Assembly (NCBI RefSeq): GCF_963921235.1
Contig: NC_086118.1
Coordinates: 18,974,001 to 19,038,000, forward strand
From: Mobula hypostoma
Taxonomy: Eukaryota
DNA: 64,000 nucleotides
Direction of reading: 5' to 3'
Shown one piece after another: positions 11,605 through 23,738 of this stretch (its first letter is position 1; each line of letters starts with the position of its first letter). The notes under the pieces are model-generated. The model worked only from the letters and a program-made list of their open reading frames with translations, searched no databases and was not told the DNA's origin. Made by a program: the position numbers and the translations under genes.

Positions 11605-14600
11605 GACTGGAAATTGTCCTAGTAAATAGGAAGAGTGACCACACTAACCCTGGTAACTATAGACCAGTAAGCTTAACGTACATCGCAGGCAAGACAATGG
11701 AAACAACAATAAAGAATGAAATGGAAAATCAGCTGATAAGAACAGGCATGTTAGCAACAAGTCAGCATGGATTCAGAAAGGAGAAATCATGTTTTACTGA
11801 TATGCTGGAGTTCTTTGAAGAGACAACTAAAATTTATGATATCAATGGAGTGGCTGATACCATTTACTTGACCTTTCAGAAGGCTTTTGACAAGGTACAC
11901 CATGAGAGGTTAATAATCAGATGACAGGAGGTAGGAATTCAGAGTAAGCTGTGCAAATGGGTACAGAATTGGCTCAAAAACAGAAAACGACGAGTAATGA
12001 TGAAGGGTTCTGCAGGGATCGGTTTTGAGGGCGCTGCTGTTTTTAATCTACGTTAATGATTTGGATAAGCACATAACAAGTAAACTAGAAAAGTTTGCCA
12101 ACGACATAAAATTAGGGGGACGGGCTGATGAAACTCAGGCAGCTGGATCAATACAGTTCGATCTAACCAAAATCCAGATGTGGGCAGATAAATGGCAGAT
12201 GAAATTTAATGTAAGTGTAAGTATTACATATAGCATGTAGAACTATTAAATATAAACATACAATTGAGTTAGAAAATGCATTGTATGAGAAGAATTTGGG
12301 CATCCTGGTAGACTCATCACTTTTAACATGTAGATAATGCACAGAAACGATTAGGAGGACTAATATAATGTTGGGCTATATAATGTGCTGAGTGGAGTTC
12401 AAGTCAGAAAACATTCTCTTTAAGCTGTATAATGTACTTGTGAGGCCACACCTTGAATACTGTGTGCAATTTTGGTCTCCATATTGTGTGAGGGATGGGA
12501 AGGTACTAGAGAGAGTCCAGAGAAGGGCGACTAGACTCTTTCCAGGTCTGCAGGGTATGAGCTTCGAAGAAATATTGAAAGAATTAAATCTTTTTAGCCT
12601 AGGTTGACATAGAATGGGAGGAGACACGATAGAAGTATTCAAAATTATTGAAGGTGTAAGTAATGTGGATGCCAGCTGCTACTTCAAGATTAATGCATCA
12701 TCAAGGACACAGAGCGATAGGTGGAAACTGGTTAAGGAAAGATTTCAGACTAACACCAGGAAGCATTTCTTTACATAGTGAGTTGTGGACACATGGAACA
12801 AACTACCTAGTTGTGTAGTTGAGTGTAGTACCTTAGAGACTTTCAAATTTAAGCTCATTAGTTATTTCAACACACTATGTGAATAGGAATTAGGCCACTT
12901 TTGATGGGCCGAATTACTTGTTCTTGTCAGAAACGTTCTAATGTCACAGACTAGTCATATTCAGGTCTCCAAACATATGTGGTCCATCAGAGAATTGGGA
13001 TCATGAACAGATATCCTAATTCATAGGATGTAACAAATGGTATTCAACAGGGATCACAATTAAAGCAGAAGTTATTTAGTCTTTTTTTAACTGCACACAT
13101 TTAGAATAGTTTAGAGCCTGAACTATTAACTGCATTTATTAGCAACATAGCTGATACACAGTAGGATACACATTCAAGCTTTCCAATTAGACAAGAATGA
13201 GAGATATAGCTATTTACTTTCCAAACAACAGTTTTGTCTTCGTCAGTTTACAAGAATTGAAGCTGATTTTTTTTTTAAGCTAAAGCATCTCTTTTCAAAA
13301 TTAACTTTTAAATGTTACTGGAGCTTATTTTGTCAATCCATGGAAATTTAAGGTTGCATTTTCCCAGAAATGAATAACAAACCACCAAGAGAATGAGGAT
13401 TATGATTTTGTTGTATTTGTATGGGTGATTATGCTTAAATTTAAAAGCATTGATCCAAGGCAAATTGCATGGCCCTTATGGTTGCATTCTCTCAATCTCT
13501 TCACAGCAAGCCATGTTTCGCACTGTCAGGTTTGAGTTGAAGTATGTGATCTATACCTCAAAGAAGCAGATGTTCTGAGGTTTCAAAACAAGCAGTAGCT
13601 CTGGGTTTAGTTCTCAACTAATACTGAAATATGCAAAGAGATGTGCAGATTTACTATCCTTAAAGTGTAACAATAGTGTAATTTCACCGACTATTAATGC
13701 AGTGTAGCTAATTTACAGAAAGTGTTTAATTGGGTAGTTACAGCCACCAATTGATTTTTCCACATCAGTCAATAATTAAATTTGTCATTAGTTGACATTG
13801 GAAATATTAATTATTTTAAATTCTAATAATATTTTCTTCAATTAGCAAGCACAAAATTGTCTGGCCTTCATTCTCCCTGCTTCATTTGAAACTCTGCTAT
13901 TTATCAATTCCTTCTATTAAAGACATTTACTTTCATGAATCATTTTTATTTCCGTAATAAGTATTCCACTCATGGTCAGGATGTTCAAAACTATATATAG
14001 GTCACCAGTATGGTCAGCATGAGACTATCAATCAACTGCAGGCTCTAACAGAACCCCTATAATTTTCAAATTCATCCTTAGCATTAAATACCAATATAAG
14101 ACCTAAAGTACCAGCCTTGTGTTTTCAAACTTCAACCTTTACACAGACTATACTTTGAACAAAGGCAATCAAAATATCATATTAATTGGTACTAACTATA
14201 ATAAGTGTAGTAAACATGTAATAAATAATATGGAAGAAAATGTTTCCTTTTGGATGAATGCTGGTGGATTTGTCCTGGATTTTCTGTACGCAACCTTTAT
14301 TGATTACAAATAATGAATTACTGAAGCTAGAACTAACATGGCCAAGAAAGGATGGCAGTTTGTTTTAAGTAACAAGAATTTAATCGTAACCTGTTAAAAG
14401 GGTGGCATTAGAGTGGCACGATAAACCATTGCATGATGGGCTCTAATACTCGGTGATGTAATGTGGCATTTATTTCATGATTTCTCTACCTTCTCTTCTT
14501 CCTAATGTCCATCACAATTGTTATTCAAACTTTGATGGTGGTGTTGCACTCTAAATAGAGATACATGCTGTATCTCAATAGAGTCAGGAATACATTACAG

Positions 14601-17600
14601 ATGGGTCTTTTAAGAAACAAACTAATTAGGATCCGGGACTGTCAAATACTCCCACTTCCATCCCACGACACAGGCACCCAAGTAAACCTTAAGAACCATT
14701 TCAGAAAATGCCAAGAGAAAGCAACAAATTATCTCCACATGACAGAACATGCTTAGCTATGTTGGCAGAGGTAAAGAACAGATCATTCAGTGGTGCCCTC
14801 AGTGAATACTTAAGCAGTTAATTAACAGGAAATAGTATGAAGTAGACCGAAGCTACTTTGATTAGGTTGGTTCAGTTTGAATATTGGAGCACCATGTAAA
14901 TTCTTAAAAATCAAGCAGTAGCAAAACAGGAACTGTCTGAATCTGTACAATAGTTTTAGTAATACAGATGACATCTCATAGCCAGGAAGCTGAACTGTTG
15001 ATATAAGACTAATATTATTTTCCAATATATTGTACTTCCTCATAACATGGATAAGATAAGCAATAAGATATTATCAAATATAGTTGGTAATGGAAGGGAT
15101 TTAAAGCTATAATGTCCATCTCTGGATATTTACCAAAAGTATTCTCATAACTATCTGGAACCCAAGAAAGAATGGTCTGAACTGAATGAGAGGTATTTGC
15201 TATACAAATCTATTTTACTTAAAGCTGACATTTTTCTATGGAATTCTCTACTCATAAGTAATCAATTCAACACTCCTAAACAGTAGCAAGCAACAAGAAC
15301 CCAGGCACCTCATGCTCTTTGTTGGGAGTGGATTATTACCTAATTTTTCATTATCCAGCACTGGACATTTACTAAAAATGTTCAACCCTTCTATTAGCAT
15401 AAAGTTTTCCATGTTTATTTTTTCAAAACCCTTCATCATCCTGTTAAGAATTTTGGTTGCTATAGCCTTTCACATAAGAAATTAAACTTGGATTTTTATA
15501 TTAAAAATACCAGCTCTTCCAATGTTTTAAACAAACTAAATAGACTAGCTGCATATCTTTAAATGAATATGTGATCATTTTCATTCCTTGATTGTAAATG
15601 CCAGTTGTAACAGCTGCCCTCTCTTGTCAACAATGACTAAACATATGTTGGAGATTCAGGTGACACATTTCACAGATCCAAAAAATGAATGCACCTGTAT
15701 TTGCTCCAATCTAATACACGAGGCTGAAGATTTGCCATTTCATGAGTAGGATATTTATAGGCAGTTTTATTTATCCTACCAGTGAACAGTGATTTTGAAA
15801 ATATTACCTTAGAGCTGTGAACCTTTGGTGGTCATCATTAATCAAAAGAAAGAAGAAACTGCACATTTTCTGAATGTGTCCTGTACGGGGGAGTGGAATG
15901 CAATGTGGTAAGGCAGACTGAGGGCTAGGTGTTGGGGAATCAAGGAGAAAAGACAGTGAAGGAGTCAGGAATTGGTCAATTGGGGGTTGGAATTTGGATT
16001 GTCATGGAGTCTAGGAATTTGGTAAGCAGGAGAGACATGGGCTTAGGAAGATTTGAGGTTAAAGAGGGTCAGAAGAGCCATGGACAAGAGAATCTCAGAG
16101 GGTTTCAGAGTCATTGGGAAGTTGTTGGGAATATTGGTTATGAAGGTGATGTGTCACAGGGTAAGAAGATTGGTGGGTGAGAGATTTGTACAATGGAGAG
16201 GTTCCAAAATAAAGGAATTTGCATGACTGGGGTCCTGCCATAGAGCAGCGCTATTAAAACCTGGTTCTTGCAGGCTGTCCTCAAAACAACATGCATTAAT
16301 TTCTCTGGCATCATGGAGGAGTGATATCATTTAATATGCCCCCGATATGGAAATATTGTCAGATCTGTTAAGTGATCATAATTGAAAATTGCCAGTTGAA
16401 TTTCAAAGTGCTGTAATTTAACTTGGAAACAGTTCCCTCTACAAAAAGATTTTGCAATGTATTTTGCTGAGCATGCATAATAAATGTAAATTTTGGTATT
16501 TTTGTGCAATATATTTAAAACATTCTCTTCATAACTCACATTAGTTAAATTGTATCATTGCTCTTGTCTGCTAATTAAAATCTTGCTATTATAGATCAAC
16601 ATAAAATATGTAAATGAATGAATACCCTAACTGTATTTGAGAACCATGAAGTAAATTAATTTAGAAATTTACAGTTTGATTGTTAGTTAATTTGAAATAA
16701 TTAAAAATATCACCAAATTATACCTCAATAGAATAAATAGAGTTAATATGGGAATGGTTGAAATAACTGAAAACTGACATCTCTTTCATCTTTATGTATT
16801 GACAAGCCTCACTGATGGACTCAGGGTATTGCCACATGTCTCTATAAGCAACAAGAGGGTTAGGCAGCATCTGTGGAGGGAGATGGAGAGTCGACATTTT
16901 AAGTCAAGACTCTTCATTTGGGCACGGATCAGGGCCTTCCACAAGTATTGCTTAGCCCACCAGGTTCCTCCTGCATCTTGTCTGTTGTCTCTTGTGTCTC
17001 CATGTTAATATAAGGCAGGAAATAAGTAAAATGGTTATGGTTAGTTAACTCCAAGGTTGAGTGATAAAAGCTTATCATTTATCAAATGATCTCAGACAGC
17101 AAAACAGAAAAGACCAGGCCCATTCAACCTAACACACTACATGAGTTCCGGGCTCCAACACCTTCATCGACCCTCATACAATATCATGAAGCCTCATGGA
17201 GAAAGCTAAACAGGAGAAAGAGGTGAGAAATTGGGCTCTAATCACCGAAAGTTATCAAGTTTCAGAACAGTGACATGTCACAGCCCTTTATGACCACCTT
17301 ACATCTATAAATTGTGCTCATAGAAACACATCCAGTTTCATTTTTAACCGCGCACTGGATTTCTGCGCACTTGTAATAAATCCCAAGGTCAATAATTTTT
17401 GGCAAACAGAAGTACCTCTTCACATCTAACCTAGTTTTATATTCGGGACACAGAAGCGGGAATAGGGCATTCAGTCTTCTGAGACCGTTAAGACATTCAA
17501 AATATTCATGGCTTATCCATATTCTTAATTCAATGATTCTTAAAGCAAACAGCTAACAAAAATGTACCAAACTCTCATTTATTGTTGTTAATTGAGAAAA

Positions 17601-18257
17601 CACCTACAAATCTTTTCTCAGAGAGAGGTCTATGTTTACTCAACTGTATTGATTTTTTTAATTCTTAATATATCTATGAATAACTTTGTAAGGTCAAATA
17701 ACCTGTCCCTTTGGACAACATATAATCCTACTAGAATTTTAAAGGTCATCACTATGCCCCCTTTAACCCATTTGTCTATATATGATGAAGCTGAAACTCT
17801 CTAAGTTTCTATTAAGTATCTTTAAGTTAGGTAACCATCCATAAAGTGTCATGAAAATCATTTTCAGGAATTCCATATCTATGCAACTGGATAAAATCAA
17901 GGTCCTGTTTGTCAAAGTCCATATTTTATATGTGATCGAACTAGCATCCTACCCTCTTCCACAATTATTTGTGTCTCCTGTGAAGAGCTTTCAGAGACTA
18001 ATGTATGATAACACAAGAGTTCCTTCCTCATTCACCAGCTTTGAAAAAGTAATGGTACACAACATTTGGCAGTGAACCTGCCACTTGAATTATGCATCTG
18101 TATTAAATGCTGTCTGCCAGAACCATTCCTTCATTTTATCCAGTCAAATTGATTCTGTCTAAGGCTATTACATTTTCATATATCTTTGTATCTTTTGCAA
18201 ACTTCTGATGCCTCCATTTATAAAACAAAAGGACAGAAAACATTCATTAATTAATGT

Positions 18258-18492
18258 TGTTACGTTTTGTAACTTCAAAACATTAATTCAAAGGAAGACA
18301 TGTGAGTCCAAGAATATGGGTCTAACTTCATGTTTAGTTTAAGCGAGACATGCCTGTAACACGTGGTAGTTTTGAAGACATATGCAATTCATGCATTTAT
18401 ACATATAACTCATAATGAATTATTTAAATGAACAATTAAGCAATATATTTAAAATGTTACTCAGATAACTCTGAAATATTAAATACACAAAA
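18258..18492 (-). repeat. 3' LTR
   Basis: Alignable along its length to 23739-23974 (tgtaacttcaaaacatta, aattcaaaggaagac, tctaacttcatgttta, taatgaattatttaaatgaacaa). Adjacent PPT taagcagggaggag on the minus strand. Confidence 0.9.
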
Positions 18493-18837
18493 CTCCTCCC
18501 TGCTTAGCTATAAAGTCAATAAAGAATGCAACTCAGCTATATACACAGTATGTTATATAATACATCTACTATATACAGACAGTGTGAACACAGCTTAGTT
18601 AATTTTAAATTGTCCCATTCAGGCCTAAAGATTCAATCACTGTGGAGGATTTCTTACTCTTGTGGGATGACATCTTTCCTGACAAAGGGGGTCATTCTGC
18701 TTGGCAGGTGAGAACTGTGTCTGTGAAACAATCTCAGGCTTTGGGCCCTCCTCTGTGCTGGTTGCAGGAGCTGACTCTGAGAATGCAGGAAGCGGTCCTG
18801 ACAGCTCTGGAACCTTTTCTTTCCTTTTCAACTTCTT

Positions 18838-19760
18838 GTCATTCTTTTTCTTTTCCATTTTCTTCTTTCTGGCATGTGCATCTTGATCTTGGAAAGGTAC
18901 ATTGAGTTCACTGAAGTATTCTCTTATTAATCCATCTATTGCTCCCTTTATGATCTGATCTCTCCTCTTGGTTTCCTCATTCACAACATCATCTGACAAA
19001 TTCTCTGATTTTGTATGCCATTGACTCCTTTCTTTTTGGCCTTACATTCGTTGGGGTGAGCTTTGGTTGTTGCATCTACTTTTAAAGGCAGCTTTTTGTC
19101 TCCCATTTAAAGTTCATGCAATAATCTTAATGCATGCGGAGTAGATTCTGATTCTTTATACTCACAAAAGTCAAACGTTTGCAACTTTCCTGAAGTTCCA
19201 TGCACTCTCTTCCGGCTTAAAACCAAGCCACATTTTATAACTGCCTGATTAACATTTCAGAAGCTTCCTCAGATAGAACAAATACATTGCAGCACACTAC
19301 AGGCCCTGTGACCCACAAGGTTGTGCCAACCCTTTAACCTACTCTGTGATCAATCTTACCCTTTCCTCCTACATAACCCTCCATTTTTCTATCACCATGA
19401 GCCTATCTAAAAGTTTGTGAAATGGCCCTAATGTATCTGCCTCTACCACCACTGCTACCAGCTGTATCAGGGCATGGCTGTGGTGCCGAAGTTGAGCTAA
19501 TGTAAGAAGTGGTAGGAGAACAGAATGGTGTAAATTGAGGTGCTGGGAGCAGATTTTTGGATAACTTTGAGCTCCTGGAGGATAAGATATGACAGACCTG
19601 ATGGGAGTGGTCAGGACACAGTTTGCTATCATGTTATCTTTCTCTGGATATGTTGCCTACAAAAAGTGTTGAAGTGGGACCACTGCTTTTGTCACATTCA
19701 CGAATCCTCCAAGCAGCATGGTCCTTCCTTGGTCCAATATGAGATTGGCACCAACACCTG
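18838..19760 (-). pseudogene. RBM25: Processed fragment of RNA-binding motif protein 25 (RRM region), with stops and frameshifts, split by a later insertion
   Basis: My translation of the minus strand: QVLVP..HIGPRKDH..DKSSGPTSTLFVGNIS(EK) / ASEMLIRQL*..CGLVLSRKRVHGTSGKLQTFDFCEYKESESTPHALRLLHEL*MGDKKLPLKVDATTKA..KAKKKGVNG..VVNEETKRRDQIIKGAIDGLIREYFSELNVP..RKKKMEKK. This is collinear with vertebrate RBM25 as I recall it (GPTTTVFVGNISEKASDMLIRQLLAKCGLVLSWKRVQGASGKLQAFGFCEYKEPES..DEETKRRDQMIKGAIEVLIREYSSELN). Confidence 0.88.
19272..19463 (-). mobile_element. CR1 3'-end fragment inserted into the RBM25 segment
   Basis: Encodes VVEADTLGPFHKLLDRLM followed by a CR1-type 3' UTR. Splits RBM25 at GNISEK/ASEML. 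Confidence 0.7.
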
Positions 19761-19869
19761 TTTGTATATTGTTGCACAATAGTTCATGGTATTCCACATG
19801 GAGACATTAGTGGCATCAACCAGGACCATTCATAATTCACTTTCAGTTGGCTTCATTGGAGGAATGTGA

Positions 19870-20460
19870 CATCCAAATGATGGATGGATCGCCAATCAAT
19901 TTGTAGTTCTCTCAGCCAATCATGCTTCTACAATGCTTGTGCTCCTGTTTTTAACAAATACAGGCTCAATGTGGCTTGTTGGTTGTTATATTTCACTGTC
20001 ACGAATGTCATTCCGACAGGAGCTATCTTTTCTCCAGTATCAGTTCTTAGTTAGGTACCTGCAGGCTCAGTTTAGTATCATTGAAATGTCATTAAAACTC
20101 ATTTTGCAGAATGACTGAAACAACCGAGCCAGTGTTCAGTCCCATTTTAATCGACTTCCATTCACTTCTAATGTAAGTCACAGCGCTTGTCTATTGTTAG
20201 TTTTTACATTGTATATCTCAAGGCTAGTCATTATTAGATCTTTCATCAACAGCATGCAGATTAGTGCTCTTTTTGAAACTGCAACTTGATTTTTTATCTT
20301 TTTCTCTTGTCAGTGCAATCTACTTATATTTGTCTGCTTGACGTATTCTTTGTATGTGTCCTACTTTATTGGAATTTCTACAAAATTCGCCTTTCAACCT
20401 GCATTGGTCTGGTGTATGTGAGCCCCTGCCACAACAGTAACACAATTTATACGGCCAGGT
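19870..20460 (-). pseudogene. Gag zinc knuckle and retropepsin protease of the LTR element (degenerate)
   Basis: CYCCGRGSHTPDQC at ~20400-20442. KMGLNTGSVVSVI at ~20110-20148 is a D(T)G motif decayed to NTG, followed by LRTDTGEKI..VTVKYN..DWLRELQIDW. Confidence 0.8.
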
Positions 20461-20479
20461 TAAAATAAGTCCATAAATT

Positions 20480-20865
20480 AATTTGCAGGTTCAAAAAAAA
20501 TGAGTACTGGGTGATAATAATCTTTAAAAAGAGGAGCAAAAATGGCTAACTAAATCGGAAAGATTGACAGGTTTGATTACAGAACAGATTGCTGGATGTT
20601 ATAAACTGAGCAAACTGAACAGCATTTTGAAGCAAACAAAACAGCCAAAGAGAACTGAGTATCAATTTTGCTAAATATATTGAGTTTAAAACCACTCTGC
20701 TTGCTTCAAGGTCTAACTGCTCCAACCAAATCTGCAGAACTGAGCTTTGCTGATATTGTCAAAGTAATGCAGGAACATTTAGAGCTAACACAATTGTTAA
20801 TTGAAGAACACTTTAGGTTTCATAAGTGGAATCGAAAGGAAGGAATACCATTTCAGCTGAATTGA
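20480..20865 (+). mobile_element. Inverted second copy of the LTR element leader and gag 5' end
   Basis: Plus-strand LTAPTKSAELSFADIVKVMQEHLE..FRFHKWNRKEG is homologous to the minus-strand gag at ~23210-23577. Confidence 0.8.
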
Positions 20866-21014
20866 ATGAGCTGCCTCTTTGATTCCTGATTATAACTCAA
20901 TTGCATTCTTGTCTGTGGTTTCCCTTGAAACAGCAATTTCAACAGCTGTTTTAAATGTGAGTTGTGCTTCAGTTAGGAGCCCTTTTTGAATGTTTTCTTG
21001 TAATATTCTACAAA

Positions 21015-23134
21015 AAAAAGTGCCTTTTTGAGTGCAAAATCAACTTTGCAGAGGCAGCTCAGAGCTATGAAAGACCAGTGGTGGACGAACAAGGCCAAGG
21101 AGTTACAAGCCTTCGCTGACTGTAATGACTCAAGAAGCTTCTATGAAGCAAACAAGGTTGTGTATGGTCCATCAAAACAAGGCACTTGACAACTCCTGAA
21201 CAAGGACAGTAACTCCATCTTCACTGAGAAACCAGAGCACATGAAAAGATGGTAAGAACACTTCCACGAGCTGCTGAACAGACCAGGAACCATCACCAAT
21301 GAAGTACAGAGTACACCTTCGACCCATACTGTTCAAGCTAGATGCTCCCCCTACTCTTCACAAGATCATCAAAGCCATCAGACAGCTAAAACCCAACAAA
21401 GCACCAAGGCCTGACGGTATCGCAGCCAAGATCTACCAGTATGGTGGTCACACACTGACATCATGCCTGCACCAGCTGTTCACAAAGTTGTGGGAGCTGC
21501 AGAACTACCACAAGACCTCAAAGGCGCATCAATCATGACCATCTACAAGAACAAGGGAGACAAGAGAGACTGCAACAATTACCGTGGCATCTCTCTTCTG
21601 TCAGTTGCAGGAAAATGCCTCGCGAAGATCATCCTTAGAGACTTGGTGTCCAACATCAGAGACAACATCCTTCCAGAAAGCCAGTGTGGTTTTCAAACAG
21701 GCCGTAGTACAGTGGACAAGATCTTTTCGCTGAGGCAGCTCCAAGAGAAATGTGTTGAGCAGCAGAGAAGTCTCTATGTCACATTTGTTGATAAAATCAA
21801 AGCATTTGACACTGTTGGTAGAGATGGCCTGTGGAAGCTCCTACTAAAATTCGGTTGCCCCCCACGCCTAACAAACATCATCCGTCAGTTCCACGAAGGC
21901 ATGGAAGGCTGCATCAAAATGTGTGGTGAGTTGTCAGACCCATTTTCTATCAGCAACGGCATAAAACAGGGTTGTGTTCTGGCTCTGACTCTGTTTGGAC
22001 TATTCTTCGCTGCTGTTCTTCAGGATGCCACACCACACCTGAAGTTAGGGGTCTTTCTATGAATGAGGGCTGATGATGGGCTCCTCAGCCTCGCAAGATT
22101 GAGAGCAAAAACAATAGTCAGGAACATTGTGGCGCATGAGCTACAGTTTGCTGATGACTGTGCACTGGTTGCCCACTCTCTCGAAGACTTACAGGAGATC
22201 ACCAGTCGCTTTGCCAGTGCAGCCAAAAGCTTCGGACTGACAATCAGCCTGAAAAAGACGGAAGTTTTGTACCTACCGGCTCCTGGGTCAAGCTCCAAAG
22301 AACCAACTGCCCTTATTGATGACACTCGTCACAATGCTGTCAACAAGTTTTGCTACCTGGACAGCATAATAACATCCTCAGCTTCTTTGGATGTAGAGAT
22401 TGAGTCAAGAACCAGAAAAGCCTGCTTTGCCTTTGGTCAGCTGAAAGATCGAGTTTGGTCATAGAACATCAGGTTGGCCACCAAGTGCAAGATATACAGG
22501 GCCATTGTCATATCAACCTTGTTATACGGATGTGAGACATATCAGAGACACTTATGCCAGCTTGACCAACTGCAGCAGCGTCACCTACGTTCTCTGATGA
22601 AGATCACCTGGCAAGACAAGGTCTCCAATACCGAGGTCCTCCCTCGAGCCGGAATGCGAACAGTTTCAACCTTGGTGATGTCAGGCCAACTGCACCAGGC
22701 AGGATATGTTGTCAGAATGCCTGACGGAAGACTGCCAAGGGCATCTTGTACGGCCAACTGTCCAGTGGTACCCGAAAACGAAAAGGCCAGTGACTATGGT
22801 ACAAGGATGTTCTGCACAGGAGCCTCAAGAAAGCTGACATTGCCCCATCAACATGGGAGGATCTGGCTCAAGATCGCTCACAGTGGAGGGGCACCATCAG
22901 AAAAGGTGTGGACGCTGATGAGAACAAGCTCAACGAAGCAACAGAGGAAAGGCACAGGAAACGCCGCAACAGAGCTTCTGCCCCTGCTGCCCCTCCAGGC
23001 CTCACCCGCAAAGTATGTGGCAAGCAGCGCCTGTCAATGATCGGCCTGTATAGCCACTCCAGGATGCACATATCAAATCCCACTAACTGACTGAAAAGAA
23101 CCATCATCATCCTATGGGATGGATAGCCAGAGAG
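21015..23134 (+). mobile_element. RTE-clade LINE, 5'-truncated, inserted in gag
   Basis: Near-continuous RT (NYRGISLLS, ILPESQCGF, KAFDTV, GIKQGCVLA, LQFADD, LLYGCET) and a C-terminal C2H2-like remnant. TSD tacaaa at 21009-21014 and 23135-23140. Confidence 0.9.
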
Positions 23135-23140
23135 TACAAA

Positions 23141-23517
23141 TTGAGTTACTTCTCAGTGCATCATTATGTCCATCATTGAACTGAAAATACTCAGCCAACT
23201 CCTTCAATTCAACTGCGTACACTGAAATGGACTCCCCTTCCTTTTGATTCTGCTTATGAAACCCAAAGCACTTTGCAATCAACAATGGTTTTGGTTCTAA
23301 ATGTTCCTGCAAAGCTCATTTCTGCAGGTTTGGTTGGAGCAGTTAAAATTGGAAGCAAACTAAATTCATTTAAACCCAATGCACTTAGCAAATTTTGTAC
23401 ACATTTCTCATTGGCTAATTCATTTGCTTCAAAATACTGTTCCATTTGCTTAATATATAAAATCAAGTTATCTGCTGTGAAATCAAATGTGTCAATCTTT
23501 CTGATGTAGCCAGCCAC
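23141..23517 (-). pseudogene. Gypsy gag N-terminal part (continues at 20870-21008 beyond the RTE)
   Basis: MAGYIRKIDTFD..MEQYFEANE..LTAPTKPAEMSFA..FHKQNQKEGESISVYAVELKELAEY..NDALR, continuing as ILQENIQKGLLTEAQLTFKTAVEIA. Confidence 0.8.
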
Positions 23518-23738
23518 TTGTGCTTTTTATAAGTAATACTACCAGCAGGCACTCACACTTTCTGAACCCACAAATTCTTCCATTTATTGATTTTTTAAAA
23601 ATTCAACAGTTTCTGCATATGGCAGGCTGTGTATTTTACAAGCATTCCTCGCTGTTTTCATTTCAGTTCAAACGTCTTACTGCACTTCAACAGGTTGATA
23701 GCCATCTCAGGCTTATTTTAAATATACCTCATTGTAAA

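Larger units (their letters stand above)
7390..12945 (+). mobile_element. CR1 LINE ORF2 (APE endonuclease + RT), degenerate, hosting nested insertions
   Basis: EN motifs (GGGVAI, ITLGVCYR, DFNFP, LGTSDHN) and RT motifs ([41 protein letters not shown]). Interrupted at 8092-8996 and 9882-11604. The 5' limit is approximate. Confidence 0.85.

Noticed and set aside
18838..19760. Functional RBM25 gene exons
   Set aside because: In-frame stops, frameshifts, a CR1 insertion, no splice sites, and a location inside an LTR element.
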